64,000 nucleotides of DNA. Source: Geosiphon pyriformis uo1. Lineage: Eukaryota; Fungi; Glomeromycota. Below the pieces are notes generated by a model that was not told the DNA's origin, did no database searches, and worked only from the letters and a program-made list of their open reading frames with translations. The DNA lies in contig JAAOMT010000703.1 in the NCBI GenBank assembly GCA_016748015.1, positions 434,001 through 498,000 of the forward strand, given 5' to 3'. Made by a program: the position numbers and the translations under genes. Shown in pieces: positions 37,350-48,194 of the stretch (position 1 is its first letter; each line of letters begins with the position of its first letter).

Positions 37350-38193
37350 TGTTACAGGTGATTATTTTTGTTGTTGAATTGAATAACAAACCCGTAACTT
37401 GGTGCTCAATTGATATAATGTTGTTGGTAATATCTGAAAATATTGTTATCTGAAGGTTTTGGTTGATCTAAAGGTTTTGTTGTAAAGTTCTTTGTATAAT
37501 GGACAGAGATTCAGTGGTGATGATAGTAGTTTTCCTGGAGTCACAATTATGCCCAATTTCTTTCTCAGCTTGGCAGCCAGATTTATTCTGGCAGTTGTGC
37601 CCTTCTGATAAGCTACCTGTTAATATATATAATTCTACCCTTATTTGTGGGTCTTTTACCAGGCTATCCTTGACGTCAATAACTCAGTGCTTAATTTTTT
37701 TACTCAATTAATATACAACAACAAAATCAAAGAAAGAAAAGAAAATAAAATTAAAGAAAATAAAGAAAATAAGCCAAAGCAATTTGGTACGTTAGTATTT
37801 TGTCAATAGCCATAATCAAGAGCTATTGTTCCAGCATGGTTAAGTATCAATTACTATCAACATGAAGTGTTGATAGTGGATAGTAGATTGAGATATAGAA
37901 TAATTATTTATTTGATGATTGGTTTCTTGGCTAAGGATTCTGTGGTATTGATTCTGTTTTTTCTGTTTCTAACACTACTGCTATATATACATAATTAGGA
38001 TTCCTCAATTCCTTGATTCTTCATGACAGGAATTCTGGAATTCCTGGAATCTTGCAATTCCTCGTTGGGGAATCCTGAAATTTCTGGAATCCTGCAATTC
38101 CTGAAAAAAATTCTGGAATTCCACATTTACTACACTTACTTCTGATTGGCTAATAATTATGCTAATATATTTCTTATATTTCTATGAGTAACA
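37350..38193 (-). repeat. 5' LTR with U3 tandem GGAAT(T)CC repeats, CCAAT box and TATA-like box
   Basis: Repeat of 26897-27794; ctgattggct near 38142; repeats at ~38028-38122; ctatatatac near 37981. Confidence 0.93.
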
Positions 38194-40533
38194 CTGGCTA
38201 CCACCAACCCAAATAGTATCATCTACAAAAGCACCTGCAGCCAAGAATGATGTCAGCCCGGCCTGAAGCTCCACCCAGCCAGTTCTGGAAATAAAATAAG
38301 AGTTCAACCTGTAACCATACATGCTTTTCTGTCATTTGACTTCACACAAGAGTGAATCATAAAATATGCGCCAAAGAAGTGGCGAAAAAATCTCCCCTTG
38401 GTCCAGACCATCATGAACACAATAACCATCAGTCAAGCTGAAATCTGTTATCACCCTGTTGGTGTGATCATTGTGAATGCCATCAAAAAATCTAATAAAC
38501 TTGTTACACATCTTAATCCTAACCAAACTCCTTTTGAGATGCACCCAGCCAACAGAATCATATGCTTTTTGCATATCTTGCAAAACCAGCCACAGTTCCC
38601 GGCCCTTTTCCAATACATCTTCCATCACAGAACCAATGGCAAAAATAGGTAATTGCATCGACGTACTCTTTAATGCAGAGAAATTGTCCCCACGCAGAAC
38701 ATCAAATCTGCTGTAGGCCGAAAAAATTCTGTCTGAGAGAATCTTGGAAAGAATCTTGTGGGCCATTTTAATTAACACAATAGAATGGGTATTCGTGAGA
38801 ACGCCCTCCCATTTATATGGTTTAGAAATCATTAACACCCAAGCTTCCTTCCAAGGTCCAGGTACAGATTTATGTTCTAAACAAAAATTCAGCAATAACA
38901 AAAGCATATCCAAAACCATTCTATTATAGTGTTTTCACAATTCATTGAAAATACCAGAAAGACCAGCCATCTTACCATCGGGCAAATTAGAGACAACTAT
39001 AAGCAACTCATCAAAACCAATCAAACACATTACTTCAGAGAAGGCATCATCAAAGACATAGTCCAAAGGCTGAAATTGGCACACCCAGTTATCAGAAATA
39101 CCCAGCATCACCACATGCTTCTTAGTCCAACCTTTCATAATCTCATCAACCTTAGATTTAACCAAATTTGGCTCCAGGACCAACTCTTTACCTGTGACCA
39201 AGTGATCTAGTACCACCTTATGGAAAGAACACTCCAAAATACTTCTGATGATGCATCCCTTGTCTATTTCAAAACTCTCCATCCTCCTCTTAATAGCCTG
39301 CCTAATATGAGATTCCTCAGCGTGCTTAGACTCTATCATCTTCGAAGAGTGGTAAACTTTCCTTGCCTTAGCCAGTTCAGAGCAAATAACATCAAAACCA
39401 GAACTCAAAAGAAATAGAGACTTCACTGGCAAGACGCCAACTGAGTCAAACCTGTCCCATGTATCCAACAAAGAAGCAAAATTTCCACCAAAAACCAGAT
39501 GAGAGACCTTAATCAGCTTAGACACAAGCAGTTCCAGTCTATAAAACTTAGAAGAAATCTTATTGAAAACATTACTATAACCCTTGAACCATTTTTTTTT
39601 GAACATCCCACCAGCTGAGAGAATCAATATTTTGTGAACAATGTCCTACATTGCATCCTTATTCGAAAACTTTGTAGCCGCAACAAATGCATCTAAAAGC
39701 ATAGAAGCATTAACAGCTGTAGCATTCTTAAACTCCAACTACTTCCCATCACTGGCATTTTTAACATCAAACTTCCAATGATTTTTATTGGCCTGTTTGC
39801 ATAGTGACAGCAACTGCACATCCAACAAACCACCCAGACCCACAGAAACAGAAACACCCCTATGATCAGTATCAAAAAAATCCTCAACACCCACCACACC
39901 ACAATCCATGATTGCATTAACTAAACTAGAGAAAACCAACACGTAATTAATTGTCTTGGCAATACCATAAGAATTGCATCATGTTGGTGACCTCACAAAA
40001 GTGCTTTCACTTAAAGAGTTGACCAGACCCAAATCAAAACATTTTCTGAAACTGGCATATTTATGAGACCCATTTTTATTGAAATTGCCACCAAGAATGA
40101 CAAAAGAAGTCTCATTCACAGCTTTGACAATGAAAAAATTGATATCACTAGCCTGAGAAAACTGAACTACTGAAGACACACCAGCATACAGCCCCAGAAT
40201 AGACACAGAAAGCTTATTCCCAAAAAGCAGCCTTATTGACAACAGCCAACCAGGTACCTCTGAAATCTTACACACATGCTTTGCTAAAAAAGAGTCCATA
40301 ATTATTGCAACACCAAATTTCATGTAACCAGAATCCAGACCAGAAGTAAAAACACAAACACCATCAAACTTATCGGCAATCCACAGATGAACCATGCCTC
40401 TTAACTTTGTCTTAGTAATAATAGAAACCAGATTGTTCATGTTTTTATGCCAACGTATAATGTCTGTTTGCTTCGCACAATTGTTCATACCTCTGACATT
40501 ACACACGGCAATTTTCCAAATTAAGTAAGTCAT
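38194..40533 (-). pseudogene. LINE ORF2, 5' part: AP endonuclease and RT
   Basis: Motifs KIAVCNVRGMN, VILGGNFN, FFDTDHRGV, LQDMQKAYDSVGW, GLDQGEIFSPLLW, AFVDDTIW. Confidence 0.92.
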
Positions 40534-42476
40534 TGAGAAGACAGGAGAACTGACAAATCTGAACCAGAGCACAGAATATTTAACTTATCCAAAACTGAAC
40601 CAACTGAGGCCTCCAAAGCAATCAACTTTGTTTCTAAACCACCCACTTTGGCAGTAAGGACTTTGGAACTACTAAAGCTGAGCTCAACAACAGCATTGTG
40701 AATGACGAGTGGAGGAGTACCAGACGAGACCAAAGCAGTATCCACAATCATATTAAAATTCACATCAGAAGTCAAAGTCTCAGAAACAGCAGGAAGAGAG
40801 CTTAGAGAAGAGGTCACCACAGGAACCAAATCAATGAATTCCAGTCGAACCAAAATGCCAGAAACATGGTTAGTCAAAAGCTCCAAAAAGTGCTTCAAAA
40901 TTGCCAGCCAGTCATTCAAATGAGAAATGGTAGGAGAATCAGTCATCATTGAAGGAGTAACCAAACCAGAATGCAAACCAGCACCAGCCAAACCAGAGGG
41001 AACCACACAAGAAGGAAAGCCACCAGCAATTTGGGTCTATGTTTTACCACCAAATGAGACTGGACAAGCAATAAGAGCTGACTTTTTCTTATATATCTCA
41101 GCCAGACAAATCCGATCTTGATCAGAAACCACCTTCTTCTCACGAACACCAGAATTTTCATCCAAGGAACAGTTAACTGTAACATAACCAAATTGTTTAC
41201 AACAAATGCAACTGGCCAAAGAAAGACCAGTCCAATGCAAACTTACACCCTTGAAAACTGGAATGATACCAATAGCAGCCAACTTGGACACCTTATCACC
41301 AAAACAAATTATAGCACATCTATTACAAACATATGAATTAGGATTACAGCCAATAAAACAAGTCTTTCCACCATATGATTCCAACAAACTGGAAAGGTCA
41401 TGAGCAGTGGTGCCAACTGAAAGAGTATAAAGCAAAGCCCAATACTGATCTTTTAATACCTATGTTTGTTTATCACTGATTGCCAAAGCCACACACACTG
41501 AATCTTTTTTCATGAAGACTGACCATTTAAATGCAACCAAACTAGCTATTTCAGACAACTCAAACTCAACCAGGGCCTTTTGCCAAAGACCAATCAACTG
41601 CATTTTGATTGAAACAATTTTGCCAAATTTAAAAAATGCCAAATTCACTACTGATTTGAGAAGATCTACTGGGATCTCCTTGACAATCACTTCCCGATCT
41701 GAATGTCTGTTTACTTTCCTTAGATCATTATTTACCAAAATCTTCTCACTAATTGCCAATTCCCTTGCCTTAATCAAACTTTTTTCAAATGTAAATGAAG
41801 ATCTTATTATTCCTGGAAATTTTGAGGAAGTCGAAGCTCCCCCAAATCCATTAACTTGATAAAAAATTTTTTTAACTGCCATCAACTTATCAACATTTGT
41901 TTTTCCAGGCACTGCCAAAACTTCAATATCCAATGCAAAAAATTTTACTGGCTCGAAATTCCTTTTTTCCGGGACACATGACCTGATATGCGGCACCTGA
42001 TTGGCACTATTGACTATAAGGGGAGAAAGCTCCAGCGCATTATCGTTATCACTCATACGGTCGAACAAAGATCATTTTGGTGGGTTGCCCAGCACATACG
42101 TTTGAGTACAAGTCTTCTTTGGCATATTTTTGTCCATGCCGTTGTCCTCACCAGATTCTGCATAGCTTATCTCCTCGGCAACCAAGTTTGTCATATTTTC
42201 CACATCCAAAAAACTGCTTACACTGCTTACTACACTACTGACATTGCTACCCCAGGACACTACAGATTTGGCACCAGCTTCACCCAAATCTTCTAAGCTA
42301 ATAGGGCCAGCAGATGTATTGACCACACTGCCAACAGCAGCAGGCTTCTTAGGTTTCTTGTAGGATGCACCACACAAGTGAGCACTCGCAAAACGCTTAG
42401 ATTTAACACCAGAACGGGTCCCTAAACCTGCCGAAACAGAACTTGAACCACCAACAGAAGAGCCTATCAGTTTCAT
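40530..42476 (-). pseudogene. LINE ORF1 (RRM-like repeats, CCHC knuckle, coiled coil)
   Basis: Peptides VIVKEIPVDL..KFGKIVSIKMQLIGLWQKALVEF, LYTLSVGTTAHDL, CICCKQFGYVTVNC. Its stop overlaps the ORF2 start. Confidence 0.85.
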
Positions 42477-42602
42477 GTTAACATAAAGGGGTGTACTAAG
42501 AGAAATAACTTTAAAACGAAAGAAGAAAAAAGGAAAAAGAAGAAAGTTATTCTATCAGTTTACTTCTTGCTTTTGCTATGGTCAAGAGATCAATGAAAGA
42601 GG

Positions 42603-43040
42603 TTTTTTTTATATATTAGTTTATTTATTATTATTAATATTTAAGTATTTTTTTGTTTTTACTTAACACTAAATTTTTACTTTTAATAATAATAATATAT
42701 TATTTTATTTAATATTAATTACAAAAATTAAGACTAATTATACTTGATTTTAATATATATATTTAACTATTAAAATTAATTATAATTATATTTAATATTA
42801 ATATATATTTTAATACCCAAAAAAATTAAATAATATTAATAATATTAAATTATAAATATTTATATTTATTTCTAAGTCCAAATTTAAAAATAAGTTAATA
42901 TATTATTAATAATATTATAAAAACTTATATTCTTAATAAAACTATTTATAAAAACTAAAACAATTTTTAAATTATTTTTTTTTAAGCTTTTTTTAACAAA
43001 TATAAAATTTTAATTTAATTAGTGAATTATAATAATACAC
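42603..43040. mobile_element. Near-pure AT relic upstream of the LINE 5' end
   Basis: Starts with a T run, has almost no G/C, and has a sharp boundary with the calpain promoter. Confidence 0.35.
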
Positions 43041-43178
43041 TAAATTAATTTGATTTCTACCAGTGTCAGGTGTGACTTTCTCCCGCCTTTATTTCCGGGA
43101 TCCTGTTGTTGAACTGTACGGCCAGGTGTTGAATAAGTGAAGCATTTCTTACAAAAAACCAAGGTTCGCTCATTCAAT

Positions 43179-45718
43179 ATGTCTATAAGATACAAGAAAC
43201 TTCATAATCAAAATTACAAAGAGCTTTTTCTGCAGCACGCTCGTAAAGCTCAGAGTTTTCACGATGAGTATTTTCCCCCTATTGAATCTTCTCTCTGGAA
43301 GGACAAAAAACTTATCGAAGGACAAGTAGAATGGAAAAGATGCAAGGTAAGTTTAATTTCCCACTTTTGTTCACTGATAAACGTTTCCAGTGCAGTTTAT
43401 CCTTTACACTTTGAATGCTTTACAGGAAATCTGTAGCAATCCCCATCTACTCGTCTTTGATAATGGCAAGTTCAGTCATGAAGTTGTTCAAGGGTTAGTT
43501 GTGGAAGAGCTTTAAATCATTTAGTCTTTGCTTGTTGAGATCCTCTTCTTTGATTTTGTTTAGAGCTGTTGGAAACTGCTGGTTGGTATCAGCCTTGGGT
43601 CTTTTAGCCGCACACCCTCCTCTTTTAGAAAAAGTTATCCCGAAGTGGGCTCTACAGGACTGGGTTCATAATGAAGGACCTGGTAATCAACTTGGGGTTT
43701 ATCATTGGAGAGATACTGAAAGACATCCAGGTAATCAAGTTCTAAAATATTGAAAATTCAAACTAGCATGAATATCAATTTATAATATCTTTTCCTATTT
43801 AGGTATCTTTCGTTTTCGTTTTTATCGGTTTGGACAGTGGATTGAGGTTGTCGTCGATGATTACCTTCCCACAATAAATGGTCGACTAATTTATGCCCAT
43901 TCTAAAAATCCCAATGAAATGTGGTGCGCACTTTTGGAAAAGGCGTATGCAAAACTTTGCGGATGTTATGAAGCCTTGGAAGCAGGTTCTGCCTCAGACG
44001 CTTTAGTAGATTTGACTGGAAGTGTGCCGGAAACCATCGAACTACATAGAGAAGACGCAGGCATTTTGAAAAAAATGGACGAAGCAGCCTTCATCTGTTA
44101 TCTTCTCAAAGCTGCCAAGAAAGGCGCATTAATGAGCTGTTCCATTAATGCTTTAGAAGAGGAGCTTCCTGAAGAGAGGTTACCAAATGGTTTGATTATC
44201 GGAGTGAGTGTTTTGCATCGCAGGAAACTCTGCCGCCTTAGTAAATACTTCGGAAGTCTTACTTAATTCGTTGCATTTCAAGCACACCTACGGCATTACA
44301 GAAATCCAGAAACTAAAGCATAATTGGTGTGGCAAAAAAGAAGTTCTTCTTTTACGTCTGCATAATCCCTGGGGAGAAATCGAATGGAATGGGTTATGGT
44401 CAGACAAATCTTCGGAATGGGCTCGAGTTTCAGAAGCCAAGCGCAAGAAATTGGAATTAAAGGTAGAAGATGATGGTGATTTTTGGATGGTAAGTCATTA
44501 AACAAAATAATAAGGATAAATTCAAAATGTTATATTAATTAGATTTTCCAAAATTAGGCCTTTGAAGATTTTATCGCAAATTTTTCAACCCTTGTAATCT
44601 GCCGCAACCTTAATACCGCATGGTATACTTTTGGGCCACGTTGGCATAGCATAATGTACCGTGGCATCTGGTCTTTAGACACGGGAACAGCTGGAGGATG
44701 CATCAATAATCCGGAAACTTTTTATCAAAACCCGCAATTTGCTCTATCGATCACTAAACCTACGGTGATTATTGTTGCTTTGATGCAAGAAGATCATCGA
44801 GGTGTTGGCGTTGAAAACTTGACAATTGGCTTCGTTTGTCTTAAAATTGAAGAAAATCGAAAATACAGAATCCATAAGCCAAACTACAATTTAGCTGGTA
44901 AGGTAACCTATATAAATGCCCGCGAGGTCACAGGAAAGATCAACCTTGAGCCAGGACGTTTCATCATAATTCCATCTACCTATAATAGAGGGGAAGAAGG
45001 GGCTTATTTTTTAAGGATCTTTTCGTCCAGACGTTTAAAAGTAAACCCACTTCTTAAAGATTCCCCAAGAAAAAGATGGTATCATCCAATTTTATATTGG
45101 GGAAAATCAAATTTTGTAGGGATGGTGAGGTTGCAGGTTGTAAAGGTACAGTTGAAGCGAGAATTAAGTGGATATATAAAAATAATTTTTGGGGATATGA
45201 ACAATCGAATCAAGCAACAGTACCTATCATCCTCCTTCAAAAAAACGGCAGCAACAAATCTTGGTAATGAATATGTATTCTACATACGGGACCCCAATAC
45301 TGCTGAGGTGATGCTTCAATTATTTGAAATTCAGAAATTTAGAAAGGATCAATATTTGGGTGAAATTCGAGTTGGCCTTGACACTTACTCTAAAAGTGGA
45401 AAGCAAAGCAAGCTATGGGAAATAACAAAGACTTTGACTAAAATTGCCAAAGTGCCCCAGTCTAAGGGTTTAATTGCCACTCGCGAAGTTGAAACCCCTG
45501 AAACGAGCCCTTATGTGAAAAGACGTCATGAAGCCCTAACAGCTGGATTCGGAGTGTTCGAAACAGGAGCTGCATTTAACGAAGCTCGGATCGAGAATGT
45601 TTCAGACGGGCAGGCACATGGCATCCACCGCAATAATATGTTAGCTTCCCGAATGATTGATGCAGGCATCGGCCAGCTTCAAATCAGAATATCATATTTT
45701 GGTGGAGTAAATTCTTAA
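43179..45718 (+). CDS. Calpain cysteine protease with CysPc, domain III (C2L) and a probable C-terminal C2 domain
   Basis: Exons 43179-43346, 43426-43493, 43564-43730, 43803-44203, 44283-44489, 44558-45718. Catalytic motifs QGAVGNCW, GHTYGI, LHNPWG; also VVVDDYLP, ALLEKAYAKL, TAGGCINNPETFYQNPQF, IIPSTY. Confidence 0.93.
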
Positions 45719-46206
45719 CTTGCAAACTATCTATTTTTATTCTAATTAGTTTTATTTAACTATTTAGTTTGATAAATTCAAGAACTTCAAAAAATTTCTT
45801 GTAACAAAAAAAAACGAAATAAGGAAATTAGCATAACATCCGAAGCATCTTCTGCTAAAATGATGGCCTAAACAGTTTCAATCGGGGACTAATCATCGGC
45901 AAAAAGAAATACTTTACCGCCTTTTTCCATCAAGTTCCTGGCCATTTAGCTCGAGCTTGGTGGAAAGGAATATTTCATGTACACTTACCATGTGACTAAG
46001 CAGTTTTCACCAAAGGAAACAAAACGAAAATAAAAATATCTAGAACTAATACCGATTGATTAATTTATTAAGCTTAATGACATAATCGAATAAAAATTTA
46101 TTAAAAGATCACTTACCATATGTAAAGAAAATCATAGGTTTCCAGCAAATGGAAAACAGTAGATAAAAACCAAAAAAGGCAAAATATTGAAAATAACAAT
46201 TGGTAT

Positions 46207-47632
46207 TTAATATTCCACGATTTCTTCTGGCTCACCCTCCTTCATTGAAATATCCTCCTCATCTTGGGATTGCTTTTTGTTGGTTGGGTGGACATCGTGC
46301 CTCAGGGATGCGTCCTGTTCTGCTTTCCGAATTTGGCCAATTTCTTCATTGGTCGTATGATTACCTGTGATTTTTGCAACATCATTTTTTATGGCAGATA
46401 CAGGCGTGGCATCATCATTATAAGTTGCCTTTGATTCCAGAGTTGTGTTTTCTTTACTGACTAAGGGAACTAAATGAATTTTAGTATTATCGCCCATTTG
46501 ATCAACTTCCATAAAGTTTTCATCTTGATCCTCCCCTTTTTCTATACTGATGATACCCAGCTCTTCTGGATCTCGATATTCATGTTGATTCTGCTCTTCC
46601 ATCTCAGTATCTTCACCACCTTTTGGGTATTCTTCCTTATTCGGCTTCACATCAAGAAGCCCTACCGAAGTGGAGGCTAATGCTAACTGACGCTTTTGTT
46701 CGGCAATGGTTTCTAAATCCCGGGATGATAATCGGGCAGGGAGATAGTACAAATGAGGTTCAGTTGAGGTAGAAAGATAGTTTGCAAGGTTTTTTTGCTG
46801 GTTCAACCAACAATCTCGCTATATGATGATAAGGTGGTTGATAATGGTTTTTTACCATAGGGAAATGAAAAGTTAACAGTATGTAAAATGAGCACCTTTT
46901 ACATGATAAAGTTCAAGTTCAAACATATGTTACCAATTGACTCTGGCGTCTCTCCTCTTCTTCCTTCCTCTGTTTTGCTATTTTATCTCGCTTTTCTTGA
47001 TCTTCTTTCTTCATCTTTTCTAGTAGCTCCTCCTTGTCCTTTTTCAATTTTTTCTGGAGCTTTTGATCAATTTGTTCTCGTTTCATTTCCTACAAATCCT
47101 CAAATGTAAAAATCTCGTAGTTTATAGTCTCTGATCAATTGGTTGATTATCTCATCCATACCGCCTCAGTCTTATTCTGACTATCATTTTTGAATTTAGT
47201 CAAAGTTCCTAATATCATTCCAAACATTCGCTGACCCCGTCTTTTCAACTCGCCATCTTTTATATTGAGTCGCGGACGTTTATTCTAAAAAATTTATTCA
47301 ACAAATAAGGTACGATAACGGTATTGCAACGGGAATTTTCGAGGAACTTACTTCTTCCAGCTTACGCCGGCTTCCTTCGTCACTGGCTCGCCTTTTTGGG
47401 TGCTGCTCATCCCCATAACGAGTTGAACGCCTAGCTGTGGATGTTGACGGGACTACAATACTGGAAGAGACAAGAGTCTGGCTGTTGCCGAAATTAAAAG
47501 TAAAAATAAGGACCTGAAAAGTTTATGACGATACGACAATATTAAGAAAGTATAGCACTGAGAATCAAGGATTCCTTACTTTGGTATATCTTCCACAGAC
47601 TCTTCTATACTGAGAACGACTTCACTGCTCAT
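46207..47632 (-). CDS. PNN: Pinin/SDK/MemA-domain splicing factor, multi-exon
   Basis: KRRGQRMFGMILGTLTKFK, a charged coiled coil, LANYLSTSTEPHLYYLPARL and an acidic tail; GT-AG introns. Confidence 0.88.
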
Positions 47633-48194
47633 TTCGAGAGATATTTATCGATTGTACTTATCTTTTCAGCGAAAGAGATGTTTATTCGTTAATTTATAGT
47701 ATCTATTATGCCTATTATGTTACACTAGATTTCATGTGACCACAAATGCTGCAAAAAAGTTCCCAGTTGAATTTGGTTTTTCAATATTTTATTATTATAC
47801 TTTTAAAATTATAATTGTAAAAAATATATAAATTAAATTGATTCTTACACAATTAATTTTTGTATAAAATAAATAACATAATATTTAATAAATATTTTGT
47901 TTTTATAAACTATTAATTTTTCAAATTTTTTTGCTTAAGTGTTTTTATTAAAAATATATTTAAAAATTTGGTTAAAAAAAAACCAATTCTAATAACAAAA
48001 AATATTTTGACATTTAAATTAAAAAATGCTTAAAAATATTATTATTTAAAAATTTTTTTGTTAAATAACAAACACAATATTGTAAATAATAATAAAACAA
48101 CAGAGATTAATATTAAAATATAAAAAACATTATATTAAAAAAATTAGTTTAATTTAAATAATAAAAGTTTAATATTAAAAAATATTAAATTCAG

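Larger units (their letters stand above)
26897..38193 (-). mobile_element. Ty3/Gypsy LTR retrotransposon: gag-PR-Cys-rich-dUTPase-RT-RH-IN plus a 3' accessory ORF; inactivated
   Basis: Paired TG..CA LTRs, PBS, PPT (27795-27809), RT-RH-IN domain order, and flanks ccag (26893-26896) and ctgg (38194-38197). Confidence 0.96.
24425..42600 (-). mobile_element. Near full-length LINE (ORF1 plus APE-RT-RNase H ORF2) interrupted by a Gypsy element
   Basis: The two halves rejoin in frame across the insertion as AFVDDTIWVGGS(Q/R)AAMQHILNVVSEFF. A 5' UTR lies at ~42480-42600 and a 3' tail at ~24425-24542. Confidence 0.92.

Noticed and set aside
26893-38197. Apparent inverted target duplication (ccag...ctgg) extending the LTR terminal inverted repeat
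   Set aside because: More simply a direct CCGG duplication with CpG deamination on opposite strands.
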